Shown here one piece after another: positions 32,193 through 42,071 of a DNA stretch of 64,000 bases. The stretch is from Trueperaceae bacterium (GTDB lineage: Bacteria > Deinococcota > Deinococci > Deinococcales > Trueperaceae): assembly GCA_965214405.1 (NCBI GenBank), contig OZ243956.1, positions 512,001 through 576,000 on the forward strand. The letters run 5' to 3'. A program made the translations under genes and the position numbers. Position 1 is the first letter of the stretch; every line of letters begins with the position of its first letter. The notes beneath the pieces are model-generated. The model ran no database searches and was not told where the DNA came from. It saw nothing but the letters and a program-made list of their open reading frames with translations.

Positions 32193-32666
32193 ATGACCCA
32201 TTCCGGTTCAACCCTCCAAAACGGCGATCAGGCACCTCCTTTCGAACTCGAGTCCACCCAGGGCACCCAATCCTTAGAAACTTACCAGGGCGAGTGGGTC
32301 GTCCTCTACTTCTACCCCAAAGACAATACGCCCGGCTGCACCGCCGAGGCCTGCGACTTTAGGGACGCCCTGCCCGGCATGAACGCTTCCGTTATCGGCG
32401 TGTCGGCGGACGATATGGCCTCGCACGAGGCGTTTAGGGACGAGTACAGCCTGTCCTTCCCGCTCGCTTCCGACGCGGGCGCGGAGGTTGCCAAGGCCTA
32501 CGGCACCTACGGCAGCAAAGAGATGGGCGGCAAGACCTATACGGGTACGTTGCGCTCGACGTTTATCATCAACCCAGAAGGCCACATCGCCGAGGCGATG
32601 TACAACGTGAGCGCGCAGGGCCACGCCGAGAAGGTGCAGGCGCGGCTCGCCGAGTTGCAGGCGTAA
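32193..32666 (+). CDS. bcp: Peroxiredoxin (BCP)
   Basis: LYFYPKDNTPGCTAEACDFRD. Confidence 0.9.
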   Translation: MTHSGSTLQNGDQAPPFELESTQGTQSLETYQGEWVVLYFYPKDNTPGCTAEACDFRDALPGMNASVIGVSADDMASHEAFRDEYSLSFPLASDAGAEVAKAYGTYGSKEMGGKTYTGTLRSTFIINPEGHIAEAMYNVSAQGHAEKVQARLAELQA

Positions 32667-32672
32667 AGCGGC

Positions 32673-33395
32673 GTGAACGGTTCGGAGAGCCAAGAAACTT
32701 TGGACAAGCTCGAGGCCCAAAAAGAGCGAGCCGCCTTGGAGGCCGTGAAACATATCGAGAGCGGGATGCTCATTGGGCTCGGCACGGGCAGCACCGCCAA
32801 GTACGCAATTCAGGCCGTGGGGGAGCGCCTGAGAGACGGCACCCTGAGCGATATACGCGCGGTCGTTACGTCCGAGGCGAGTAGGGCGATGGCGGAGGCG
32901 CTCAACATTCCCTTGGTTGAACTCACCGGGAGAACGCTCGACGTGGCGATTGACGGCATGGACGAAATCGACCCGGATTTGAACGCCATCAAAGGCTTGG
33001 GCGGCGCGCTGACGAGAGAAAAGATCGTCGAGGCTTGCGCGAAGCTCCTTGTTTTGATTGGCGACGAGACGAAGCGGGTGAAGCATCTGGGTGAGCGCGC
33101 GCTCATCCCTGTGGAGGTCGTGCCTTTTGGCTGGCGGGCGACGCGGGGCAAGCTCGAAGCCCTGGACTGCCGCCCCACGTTGCGCGTTCGTAACGGCGAA
33201 ACGTTCGTGACCGACAACGGCAACTATATTCTTGACTGCGCCGTCACCCCGCCGGTTGATGTCTACGCCCTCTCGAGTGAGATATCCGCGCTACCCGGCG
33301 TGGTCGAACACGGGCTCTTTTTAGACATGGCCGGTCTCGCCTATGTGGCGACCTCACAAGACGTGGTCACGCTGACCCGCGGGGGTGACGCGTGA
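32673..33395 (+). CDS. rpiA: Ribose-5-phosphate isomerase A
   Basis: GLGTGST, DGMDE, IKGLGGALTREK, TDNGNYILD, PGVVEHGLF. Confidence 0.95.
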   Translation: MNGSESQETLDKLEAQKERAALEAVKHIESGMLIGLGTGSTAKYAIQAVGERLRDGTLSDIRAVVTSEASRAMAEALNIPLVELTGRTLDVAIDGMDEIDPDLNAIKGLGGALTREKIVEACAKLLVLIGDETKRVKHLGERALIPVEVVPFGWRATRGKLEALDCRPTLRVRNGETFVTDNGNYILDCAVTPPVDVYALSSEISALPGVVEHGLFLDMAGLAYVATSQDVVTLTRGGDA

Positions 33396-33754
33396 TTGTC
33401 GCGGTAGGCCTTGACGTGGTCGAGCTTGTGCGCATCAAAAGAATTTGGCAGCGCCACCCCGAAAGGTTTTTGTACCGCCACTTCGCCCCCGAAGAAATCC
33501 GCTACTGCCGCAACAAAGCCGACCCGCTGCCGAGCATCGCCGCGCGCTTTGCCGCCAAAGAGGCGTTTCAGAAGTGCTGGTTCGAAAACCACGGCTGGCA
33601 AGACGTGTGGGTGGAGATAGAGGGCGTCAAACCCAGGCTGCACTTTTGCGACCCCATTCGCCAGGAAATGGAGACGCGCGGCTGGGTGGCCCACCTGAGT
33701 CTCACCAACGAAAAAAGCTACGCGGCGGCGATGGTCGTGCTCGAGGCGCGCTAG
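33392..33754 (+). CDS. acpS: Holo-ACP synthase (4'-phosphopantetheinyl transferase)
   Basis: GLDVVE..RI, AARFAAKEAF. Confidence 0.9.
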   Translation: MIVAVGLDVVELVRIKRIWQRHPERFLYRHFAPEEIRYCRNKADPLPSIAARFAAKEAFQKCWFENHGWQDVWVEIEGVKPRLHFCDPIRQEMETRGWVAHLSLTNEKSYAAAMVVLEAR

Positions 33755-33862
33755 TCTTTTTGTAACCTTCTGCCAAACGCCTCGAGCCTTTTCTGATTTT
33801 TTTACCTGTCCGTTACCCTACACACTACGTGTTACCTCTTCTGCTCGATGTTTATCTTAGGT

Positions 33863-34300
33863 TTATCTTAGCGCCACAGCCCGCTGCAACCACGCCTGCG
33901 CCGCGCCAGCGTCGTTACGCTGGTGGGCGTAAAAAGCCAAGGAGCGCGAGGCCAACGCGGCTTGCGTGCGCGCGCTGTAGTCCCAATTGCCGCCGAGCTG
34001 CCGGTAGTCGCGCCAGCTCTCCCAAGCGAGAATCCACCAGTGAGTTTCGGTATAGACTTCGGCCAACAGGCGCTGCGCCTCCCTGTCCTGCGGGTCTTGC
34101 GCGACGAGAAAACGCGCCGCCAGAATCGTGACCGCCCAGGTGTCGAAGTCGGGATACGCTGCCGCGTAATCGGCTCTGGCCTTTTCGCGGAGCGCTTCTA
34201 CCTGACTCATGGTGAGAGGCTGGGTAGAGGATTGAGCCAGGGAAAGGCTCGAGAACACGAGAGCCAAAGAAACGAACAAAATCTTACGCAAATGGTTCAT
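33863..34300 (-). CDS. Secreted helical (TPR-like) hypothetical protein
   Basis: Signal peptide ending SLA-Q; helical pattern. Confidence 0.65.
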   Translation of the reverse strand: MNHLRKILFVSLALVFSSLSLAQSSTQPLTMSQVEALREKARADYAAAYPDFDTWAVTILAARFLVAQDPQDREAQRLLAEVYTETHWWILAWESWRDYRQLGGNWDYSARTQAALASRSLAFYAHQRNDAGAAQAWLQRAVALR

Positions 34301-34501
34301 GGAGTCACCTTCTGTTGCGAATTTCCTCCCGCGCGCTCGGTCGTACTCACCACATCAGGCGTATACAAAACGTGTGCGGGCGCAGGAGGTGTAAAACGAG
34401 GATACTCTTCCCCCGCCCGGACGCTATGAAATTTTTGTCAAGGCTGTGAAGAGCGAGAACTTTTACATCACCATAACGGGCGTGAGCGCTACTATTCTCG
34501 C

Positions 34502-35716
34502 GTGAAAAACCTTTTTAGATCACCGTCCGCCCTCGTCTTGACCCTGCTCCCCCTACTCGCCGCGTGCGGCGGCGTGGAGGGCGAGCCTGCGAAAGCAACC
34601 GGGCCGGGCTATTCGGAAGAGGCGTTCCGGAGCGCCGCGGGCGAGCTTGTAGGAAGCGCGGCCACGTTGGCCGCGGCGGCGGCAGAGAGCGAGACCGCCC
34701 TGGTGCTCGAGTCCTTCCCAACGGGCGCGGGGCTTGACGCCTCTCCTCTGGGCGTTCTTTTGCAGCCGCACCCCAGCAAAACGGCGCGCCTATTTGCGAC
34801 CGCGTACCGCGCGCTCGAGCATACTGACGGCGACCTGCCTCGCGGCGCGTTCGTCTACAACGAAGAAAATAACCTCTGGGAAAGTACCTCCGCGACGGAC
34901 GATCTCGTTCTTGGGTGGACGTACCACGACGACCAGGGCGCTCACAACGCCGAGTTGACGGTTGATTGGGACGCCTCTGGAGCAACGGAAGTCATAGACA
35001 ATGGTGAGGGCGGGGGCGCTAATGGCGGGGGCTCCGAAAGCTTTGAAGTGCCCACCGGCATGAACGTGAAACTTCGCGCCGACGGAACCGTGCTCGCGGA
35101 CGTTGACGCCGCGCTCTCCTGGTTTGGCAACACCTACTGCGACGGCACGGTCATCTTTTACGACCCGAGGAACTCAAGCGCCTCGGGCTTTATCGGCGAC
35201 GACGAGGTTCGTTTAACGTTTGACGTGAGCGCCGGTGCCAAGGATGACGACGGCGAGGGTGCCGACACCTTGAGCAGCAAGGGCGCGGTAACTTTAAGCG
35301 CCGGAGCGGACGAGACGAGCGTCAATTGGGACGTTTCCGCAGTGGGCACACTCGTCGAGATTGACGAAGAAACGGTCTGCGGGCTACGGTTCGACACCGA
35401 CCGCGGCAGCGTGGGCTTCGGTAGCGCGGTGAGAGTAGAGGGTAAAACCAGCAGCTTTAACCTCTCGTTCGACTTCAGCGCCATCGGGCAAAACATGAGC
35501 GCCGTCACCCTTCAAAACGGCGTGGTCACCCTGAGCGGCGAGAGAGCGCTGCTGTTCTCGGGCACGCTCGACGACGCCAACGAGAACGGCGTGCCGGGGG
35601 AAAACCTCGCGCTAACCTTTGACGGGCAAACCACCACCCTCGAGGCGCTCCTAAACGACCTTGTCAAGGACGTGATGAGCTCGAGCGTTTCAAGATTCAC
35701 CACCTTGTTGCGCTAG
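34502..35716 (+). CDS. Acidic beta-rich lipoprotein, unknown function
   Basis: Lipobox LLAAC; TACTAT 6 nt before GTG. Confidence 0.75.
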   Translation: MKNLFRSPSALVLTLLPLLAACGGVEGEPAKATGPGYSEEAFRSAAGELVGSAATLAAAAAESETALVLESFPTGAGLDASPLGVLLQPHPSKTARLFATAYRALEHTDGDLPRGAFVYNEENNLWESTSATDDLVLGWTYHDDQGAHNAELTVDWDASGATEVIDNGEGGGANGGGSESFEVPTGMNVKLRADGTVLADVDAALSWFGNTYCDGTVIFYDPRNSSASGFIGDDEVRLTFDVSAGAKDDDGEGADTLSSKGAVTLSAGADETSVNWDVSAVGTLVEIDEETVCGLRFDTDRGSVGFGSAVRVEGKTSSFNLSFDFSAIGQNMSAVTLQNGVVTLSGERALLFSGTLDDANENGVPGENLALTFDGQTTTLEALLNDLVKDVMSSSVSRFTTLLR

Positions 35717-35756
35717 CTTCGGGGCGTTGAGCCCGGTATGACCTGCCGGGGCGAAC

Positions 35757-35796
35757 TAAAACCAAGAACAGCCAGTTGCGGCTGTTCTTGGTTTTA
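35757..35796. terminator. Perfect 17-bp inverted repeat, probable bidirectional terminator
   Basis: TAAAACCAAGAACAGCC-agttgc-GGCTGTTCTTGGTTTTA. Confidence 0.8.
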
Positions 35797-35892
35797 TCTT
35801 ACTTTTATATTCCTTACAGCTTTACAACCTCTTGAACGGTGCTCGAGCCTCCTTGCTCGCGTTCTTTAGAGGGTCAAGATGATCTTGGCAAC

Positions 35893-35920
35893 AAAAAACC
35901 CGGACGAACGCGTCCGGGTT
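35893..35920 (-). terminator. Intrinsic terminator of the CRP-family gene
   Basis: AACCCGGACG/CGTCCGGGTT stem plus T6 on the minus strand. Confidence 0.8.
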
Positions 35921-35942
35921 CGGCGTTAAACTTTAAGAGGCC

Positions 35943-36602
35943 CTAGAAACCTTGGGCGATTTCGTCCAAACCGTCGGGCAGCAGCAGCACGATGCAGCGG
36001 TAACCCGACTCGATGAGCCCTTCGCTACGCAGTTCGGTGATGATCTTTGACACGCTCTCGCGCGTACTTGCGGTGCCCTCGGCGATAAGTTCGTGCGTCG
36101 CCGAGATCATGGTGCGGCTCTGTTCGTCTTGTGAGGCGAGCGGCGTTTCGGAAAGCTTCATGAGGTAGCGGGCCACGCGCTGGCGCAGGTCGCCCGTTTG
36201 CAGATGGTACTCGTAGTCCATGAGGCGCTGCATCTGCTTGGACAGAGACTGCGTGATGGTCATGAGGTCGCCGTGGTTAATCATTTGCGGGTCGATGGCC
36301 TCAATTTGCGCGTTGGTCAGCGCCTCGGCGATTTCTTCGCGTTTGGCGTTCATAAAGGCTTCTTCGCCAAAAAAGTCGCCGGGCATCACGTGGCGCACCG
36401 TCAGGATACGGCCCTCGGGCGTCATGCGGGTAATGCGGATGAGCCCATTTTTCACTCTAAATACCGACTGCGCCGGGTCGCCGTTGTGGTAAAGCGTCTG
36501 CTTGCGCTGAAACTTGAGCGTTTGGCTGGGCGCGGCCAGAACGGGCTGCTCCCCTTGAACGGGCTGGTCGGTCACGTGAAGCTGGTTATAAAGGTTATTC
36601 AT
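35943..36602 (-). CDS. ldrP: CRP/FNR-family regulator, LdrP-like
   Basis: RHVMPGDFFGEEA, YEYHLQTGDLRQRVARYL, TASTRESVSK resemble Thermus LdrP as recalled; lies next to a litR/carH homologue. Confidence 0.75.
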   Translation of the reverse strand: MNNLYNQLHVTDQPVQGEQPVLAAPSQTLKFQRKQTLYHNGDPAQSVFRVKNGLIRITRMTPEGRILTVRHVMPGDFFGEEAFMNAKREEIAEALTNAQIEAIDPQMINHGDLMTITQSLSKQMQRLMDYEYHLQTGDLRQRVARYLMKLSETPLASQDEQSRTMISATHELIAEGTASTRESVSKIITELRSEGLIESGYRCIVLLLPDGLDEIAQGF

Positions 36603-36819
36603 GGTCGCGCCTCCTTGATAAGTGGGTCGAGCTGCCGAGATCGTACGGGTTGGGTGACGAATCAGGTGAAGGGACGTAGCCTTCAGGCGGTTTAACGGTT
36701 GTGCGCGGCTTATTCACATTTCCTCACCCTCTCTTTGACTCCCGACTCGCGTAACCACCAACTTGTGACCTCCAATTTTTTCTCTCCATCTGCCTCCCCC
36801 AAAAGATAAAAGGACCTGT

Positions 36820-37719
36820 TCACGCGCTCGCTCGCCCTATGGGCGCCGAAGCGCCGACCAAATCGTGAAAATGAGCCACCGCGTGCAAGAGGTCGCCCGA
36901 TAGATGGACGCCGCCCAGAGAACGCGCAAGCTCGGGATGTTCGTCAAAGGCGCGCCCCTCGAGCGCGAGCACCGGCACCACGTCTTGCAGCGCGCAGCGG
37001 CTCTCGAGCAGCCGCTGCAAGGCCGACGCGGTGGTGGCCGAGACGAGCACGCCCACGGGCCGGAGCGCTTCGGCGGTCTCCTTGAGGTCGAGCAGCGGCG
37101 TGTCGGCCCCCAAATAAAGCACGCAGTAACCCGCGCGGCACAAAAACACCGCCGCCGTGAGCGCCTCTAATTCGCGCCTTTCGGAAGGCGCGCAGGCCAC
37201 AATGACGGTGGGCATGTGCTGAAGATTTTTTGAGATGTTGAGAAGCGCGCGTAGCCGCCCCTGTAAGTACGAGGTAGCGAAGTGCTCAACGGAGGCGTTG
37301 ACCTCGCCGCGGCGCCAAAGCGCGCCGATGTCTTCCATTGCGCCCTGGAAAAGCTCGAGCAGCACTCCCTCGACCGTATGAAGCGCGTGCGCCTCGCTCA
37401 AAATCTCGTTGGCCTGCGCCTCGTCAAAGGCTCTAAACGCCCCCACCAGCGTTTCTCGCATCTCGCGCAAAGAGCGCGACCCCCGCGCGCTCAACGTAAA
37501 TTTGACCAGCTCCGCCGCCCTCGAGGCGGGGACGCCGTCGGCAATATGAAACTTCATCGTTTCAATGTGCGCCACGTCCGCGTCGCTGTAGAGGCGGTAA
37601 CCCGAGTCGGCACGGTCAGGCTTAGGGAAGCCGTAGCGCCTCTCCCACTGGCGCAACGTGCTGGCCGGTACCTTCGTACGCTCCTCAACCTCGTTGACGG
37701 TATATTTGCCTCTGGTCAT
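36820..37719 (-). CDS. MerR-family CarH/LitR-like regulator with a degenerate B12-binding domain
   Basis: TLRQWERRYG...GYRLYS DNA-binding domain; W-x9-EH motif; ERRELE in place of ExHxxG. Confidence 0.85.
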   Translation of the reverse strand: MTRGKYTVNEVEERTKVPASTLRQWERRYGFPKPDRADSGYRLYSDADVAHIETMKFHIADGVPASRAAELVKFTLSARGSRSLREMRETLVGAFRAFDEAQANEILSEAHALHTVEGVLLELFQGAMEDIGALWRRGEVNASVEHFATSYLQGRLRALLNISKNLQHMPTVIVACAPSERRELEALTAAVFLCRAGYCVLYLGADTPLLDLKETAEALRPVGVLVSATTASALQRLLESRCALQDVVPVLALEGRAFDEHPELARSLGGVHLSGDLLHAVAHFHDLVGASAPIGRASA

Positions 37720-37797
37720 CGCTTCTCGCCCGTTTCCGCGCTCGTCTCTTGCGCCCTGCCCCCTCTTGGTTAGCCTACTCGCCCCATATGAATGCCT

Positions 37798-38002
37798 GGT
37801 ACATATTCTATGTGAAGTGTATAACATCCGTACAAGGTAAGGCTGAGTATAAGGCGAACCTTGTACACCTGTCAAGCCCATATTTCTTCCGTCTGTGACG
37901 ACGCTTTCCCAAAAAGTACATTTGTAACCGTACAATTGTTGTACAAGCTTGGTATGAGCACACTGTGAGCTGGCGCGCTATGAAAGGCTACAGTTTGTAC
38001 AA
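37798..38002. promoter_or_regulatory. Cluster of (T)GTACA motifs, putative CarH-type operator
   Basis: Seven GTACA copies in about 200 bp; 37930, 37941 and degenerate 37952 are 11 bp apart. Confidence 0.5.
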
Positions 38003-38050
38003 GGTTACAGAGCGATGAGAAAGGTGGGGAGAAAGGCGTAGTATGCTCTT

Positions 38051-38881
38051 ATGAATTTTTCACTCGGCTACTCGCCTTGCCCCAACGACTGCTTTATCTT
38101 CTACGCGCTCGCGCACCAAAAGGTGCATCCTGAGCTACGCTGGCGCGTTCACTTAGACGACGTTGAAGCGCTCAACCAGCTCGCGGCGCGGGGTGCGCTC
38201 GACGTAACCAAAATCAGCTATCACGCGTACGGGCACCTTATGGACGGTTACGTCATGCTCCGGTGCGGCGGGGCGCTCGGTAACGGGGTGGGGCCGCTTA
38301 TCGTCACCAAGGAGGCGCTGAGGTCTTTGGAAGGCAAACGCGTCGCCACGCCGGGCGGGCTCACCACCGCGAATTTGCTCCTCAGACTCTCGCAGCCGGA
38401 CGTCGAAACCGTTGAACTCCGCTACGACCGCATCATGCCCGCCGTGGCTGCGGGCGAGGTGGACGCGGGGCTCATCATCCACGAATCGCGCTTTGTTTAT
38501 CCCCGCTACGGCCTGCACAAATATCTTGACCTGGGTGAGTGGTGGCATGAAAAGACGGGCGAACTCTTGCCCCTGGGCGGCATCATGGCGAAGCGGAGCT
38601 TGGGGGAGGTGCTGGGGGAGCTCGAGACCGCCGTCCGCGAGAGCCTGCGCTACGCCTACGCGCACCCTGAAGAAACGCGCCCCTACATCGCCGCGCACGC
38701 GCAGGAGCTGAGCGAAGAGGTGAGGCAAAAGCATATCGACCTCTACGTCAACGCCTATTCGCTCGACGTGGGTGAGGCGGGAGCGCGCGCCGTCGAGACG
38801 CTCCTGGAGCGGGGCCGGGAAGCGGGCCTGCTTCCCGAGACGACCCAGACCACCTTTTACGGGAGCCCGACTCACGCGTGA
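38051..38881 (+). CDS. mqnD: 1,4-dihydroxy-6-naphthoate synthase
   Basis: GYSPCPNDCFIF, DVEALN, GGALGNGVGP, IIHESRF, LPLGG, HIDLYVN. Confidence 0.92.
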   Translation: MNFSLGYSPCPNDCFIFYALAHQKVHPELRWRVHLDDVEALNQLAARGALDVTKISYHAYGHLMDGYVMLRCGGALGNGVGPLIVTKEALRSLEGKRVATPGGLTTANLLLRLSQPDVETVELRYDRIMPAVAAGEVDAGLIIHESRFVYPRYGLHKYLDLGEWWHEKTGELLPLGGIMAKRSLGEVLGELETAVRESLRYAYAHPEETRPYIAAHAQELSEEVRQKHIDLYVNAYSLDVGEAGARAVETLLERGREAGLLPETTQTTFYGSPTHA

Positions 38882-38941
38882 TATAAATCCGTATGCAGCA
38901 GACATCTTTTATAAGAAGCACAAGCCTGTGAGGGACGAGCT

Positions 38942-39487
38942 GTGATACGGCAAATGTGGTGGGCGGCCTCCTCGCCGGGGAGGTGGTTCGGGGGGCTCGA
39001 GGCCGACCACCCCGACCTCAAACCCGCCCTGCTCGCCGCGCTGCTCTCACTCTTGACGGGCGCGCTCGGGTTGGGCGTGGCCTTTTTGCGGGCGACCGCC
39101 TCGGACGCGCTGCTCCCGGTACTCTTGGCCGCGCTCGGGCTCGGGCTGCTCCTGGCGCTCCCCCTGGTGGGGGCCGGGAGCCTTCTTTTGCAAACGCTCG
39201 GCAGGCTCGACCTGCGCGCCTGGGAGGTGGTGGCGTGGAGCTGGACCCCGGCCTTTTGGACGAGCGTGTCGTTTTTGCCTGCCGCATTTTTAGCGCCGAC
39301 CGTCGCGCTGCCCTTGGGGCTGCTCACGGCGGTTGTGTGGCACCTCGTGGTGCTGCGCGCGGGGCTGCGGGTGTTTATGCAAAGGCGGCGGGGGGTGTTT
39401 TTGGGGCTTTACACGCTCGCCGTGTTTGGGCTACCGGGGGCGCTCGCGGTCTCTATCGGCGCGCTGCTGGCGGGCGTGGGGCCGTGA
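38942..39487 (+). CDS. Integral membrane protein (possibly Yip1-like)
   Basis: About 5 hydrophobic segments; SP..WF near the N-terminus. Confidence 0.6.
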   Translation: MIRQMWWAASSPGRWFGGLEADHPDLKPALLAALLSLLTGALGLGVAFLRATASDALLPVLLAALGLGLLLALPLVGAGSLLLQTLGRLDLRAWEVVAWSWTPAFWTSVSFLPAAFLAPTVALPLGLLTAVVWHLVVLRAGLRVFMQRRRGVFLGLYTLAVFGLPGALAVSIGALLAGVGP

Positions 39488-39551
39488 GGGTGCAAGAAAC
39501 GCTGTAGACCTTCAAAAGAGTTGGGGAGCTCTGCCTAACTGCCAAGGAGAA

Positions 39552-39930
39552 GGACAACGCTTTTCTACCAACACACCGCAGGGCCTCCGGTTGGCTACTC
39601 GAGAGCTCTCCGCGTCGGCCCGCACGTGTTCGTGTCGGGCGCGACCGCCACAGACGAAGCGGGCGGCATTATTGCGGGCGGCGCTTACGCATAGGCTGCC
39701 CAGGTGTTGAAAAACATCGGGGTGACGTTAGGAGGGGTGGGGGCAACGCGGGCGCACGTGGTGAGGGCGCGCATTTATATCACGAATTGAGGATTGGCGG
39801 GGGGTTGCCAGAGCGCACGGGGAGGTTTTCGGCACCATCCGGCCCACCGCCACGCTCGTCGTCGTGGCGGGACTCATCGACCCCGCCACGCGCGTTGAAC
39901 TCGAGGTTGACGCTCTCGTGGCGGAGTATA
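39552..39930 (+). pseudogene. RidA/YjgF-family pseudogene
   Basis: [20 protein letters not shown]...AYA*AAQVLKNI...HVVRARIYITN then frameshift ...ARAHGEVFGTIRPTATLVVVAGLIDP..RVELEVDA. Confidence 0.8.
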
Positions 39931-40286
39931 GCGATTTTCGTTGACACTGAGCGAATTCAACGCAGATATCATCCCTTAAACTACGTCATAGACGGTAACC
40001 AATAAACTGAATCTCGCTCATAGGGATGATACCTGCTATAGTTGTAAAGACGTTTTATGAGCAGTTCTGCTGTACATCATAACGCTCCTCAAGATAATCT
40101 CTCCCAAGCGCTCACATCTTCCCAAAATAAAACAAGCTATACTTTTCGGAGCGGGTGCGCCTAGTGGTGTGGGGGAGTGTAGACGCAACCTGACAAAGCT
40201 GCAAAACCGGCGGGATTCTCAACACAGGCGGGATAATTAAGCGCAGATGACTCAAAACAGGGGCGTCACAGGGTGGCGACTGGAGG

Positions 40287-41861
40287 GTGGCTAACGTGGT
40301 GACAAAACCTACGGCAGGAACGGTGGAACAATCTTCTAGCTTTTCTAGTCCGGTGAGGACGCCCGAACGCGAGGGTGACGCGCCCCGCACCGACTTAGCC
40401 ACGCTCAGCCTCAAGTGGCTCTACGGCGCGCTGTTCGCGCTGAGCCTGATTGCCATCAACCCCTGGGGGAACGGTCGCGGCGACATTTGGGTGCAGCCCA
40501 AGGTGGACATTGTCGCCCTGCTGGCCCTGCTCAACTTAGGGTTTCTTATCTTTAGCAGGTTGGGCGGGAGTAGGCTTGGGGCCTCCCCCACCCGGCGCGT
40601 TCTCAAGGGCGCGGCAGCGCTCTGGGGGCTCTTTTTGGTTTCCGGACTCATCACGATGCTCCGGAGCCCGGCCCCGGCAAGTTCACTTCACGCGCACCCC
40701 GAAATGGGCGACGGCTACCTCTACTGGCTGCTCGTCGGCGCGTTTGTCCTCACCAACGCGCTGGTGCTCAAGGCCAACCCCAGGCTGTTCCGGATTCAGC
40801 TCATCGGCGTGGTGGTGGGCGGGTTTATCTTGGCCTGCGCGATGTTCCCGCAGGTGCTGGACTGGCGCATCGACTATACCGACACCTCGGGGCAAGTAAG
40901 TTCTGACGCCAGGATGCTGATGAGTTCGATGTGGGTGACCCAGATGCCCATCGGCTTTCACACCTCGAGGGGTCACGCGGGCTTTGTGGTGGCCGCGGCG
41001 GCGGTGCTGGCGCTCGTCGGCCTCCTGCGGGGGTGGCTCAAGCCTCTCTACGTCTGGCCGGGCTACTTCGCGCTGACGCTGGCGGTGTGGTCGACGGCCA
41101 CCAGGAGCATCTACGTCGCCTTTGCCGCGGGGCTCCTTTGGGTGCTCATCCGCTTTTTCTGGCGAAATGCCCCGCGCCGTCTCCTCCTTGGGGCGCTTCT
41201 GGTCCCGCTGCTGAGTTTTGGGGCGTATCAGGGCGCAACCTCCGTACTGAACGTAGAAACGCGCAGCGTGCCCGCGCTGCTGCCGTCCGCCGGAACGGAC
41301 CTCAACACCTACTCGTCGCTCCGGCTGGGGCTGTGGCAGACAGCCTTAGAGGCCATCCCGATGCGACCCCTTTTCGGCTGGGGCTTTGACGGCTTCGGCA
41401 TCTCCTGGCCCTACGTCGCGGACTGGGCCAAGTATCCCAACTATCTCGGCAACGGCGTGCCGGTGGAACGAATACTCGCGCCCTCCAATACCGGCTTTCG
41501 CTACCTCGGGACAGACGGGGCGGAGCATCAGGGCGGCGTTTATACCAACAAAGCGCACAACATCTTTATCGACACGGCGCTCTCGATTGGCCTGGTGGGG
41601 CTGGTTATTTACAGCGCGCTGTTTCTCCTCTTTTTTGTGGTGAGCGCGCGCGGGAGCGGCGGGGGCTTAGAGGCGGCGGCGGTGGTTTATTTCGTGTTCG
41701 GGCTCGCCTGGTTCGAGTCGGCGCAGTACAGCCACCTGGCCTGGTGGGCGCTCTCCGCCGGGCTCGGTCTGGCGCTCGCTCAGCGCGTGGCGCCCCAAAA
41801 GGAGGATGAGCCGACCCAAGAGAGACCGAGACTGGGGTCCGCCGTCGCCACGGGTGACTAG
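40287..41861 (+). CDS. O-antigen ligase/O-oligosaccharyltransferase (Wzy_C) family membrane protein
   Basis: Many TM helices; TATRS, RLGLWQTAL...RPLFGWG, KAHN. Confidence 0.85.
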   Translation: MANVVTKPTAGTVEQSSSFSSPVRTPEREGDAPRTDLATLSLKWLYGALFALSLIAINPWGNGRGDIWVQPKVDIVALLALLNLGFLIFSRLGGSRLGASPTRRVLKGAAALWGLFLVSGLITMLRSPAPASSLHAHPEMGDGYLYWLLVGAFVLTNALVLKANPRLFRIQLIGVVVGGFILACAMFPQVLDWRIDYTDTSGQVSSDARMLMSSMWVTQMPIGFHTSRGHAGFVVAAAAVLALVGLLRGWLKPLYVWPGYFALTLAVWSTATRSIYVAFAAGLLWVLIRFFWRNAPRRLLLGALLVPLLSFGAYQGATSVLNVETRSVPALLPSAGTDLNTYSSLRLGLWQTALEAIPMRPLFGWGFDGFGISWPYVADWAKYPNYLGNGVPVERILAPSNTGFRYLGTDGAEHQGGVYTNKAHNIFIDTALSIGLVGLVIYSALFLLFFVVSARGSGGGLEAAAVVYFVFGLAWFESAQYSHLAWWALSAGLGLALAQRVAPQKEDEPTQERPRLGSAVATGD

Positions 41862-41899
41862 GGGCAGAAGCTGAAGTTGAGAGCTGAGCCTCGAGTCTC

Positions 41900-41924
41900 A
41901 GGCCGGTAGAGGCTCTACCGGCCT
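41900..41924 (+). terminator. Hairpin after the O-antigen ligase gene
   Basis: AGGCCGGTAGA/TCTACCGGCCT followed by ATGTTTGT. Confidence 0.65.
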
Positions 41925-42071
41925 ATGTTTGTGGCTTCTCATTTATCCGGACTTTTTGTTCCCCGGACCTTCTGTCTTACAAGCGACTTACAACCCCAAG
42001 CGTACCGCCTAATTTGGGGTAGCTTCCAAAGAAGCTGTGAGGAGACCTTTACGACGCCCATTCAACCCTTG

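Noticed and set aside
36690..36720. Possible CRP-type TGTGA-N6-TCACA site upstream of ldrP
   Set aside because: Only one half-site matches and the spacing is wrong.
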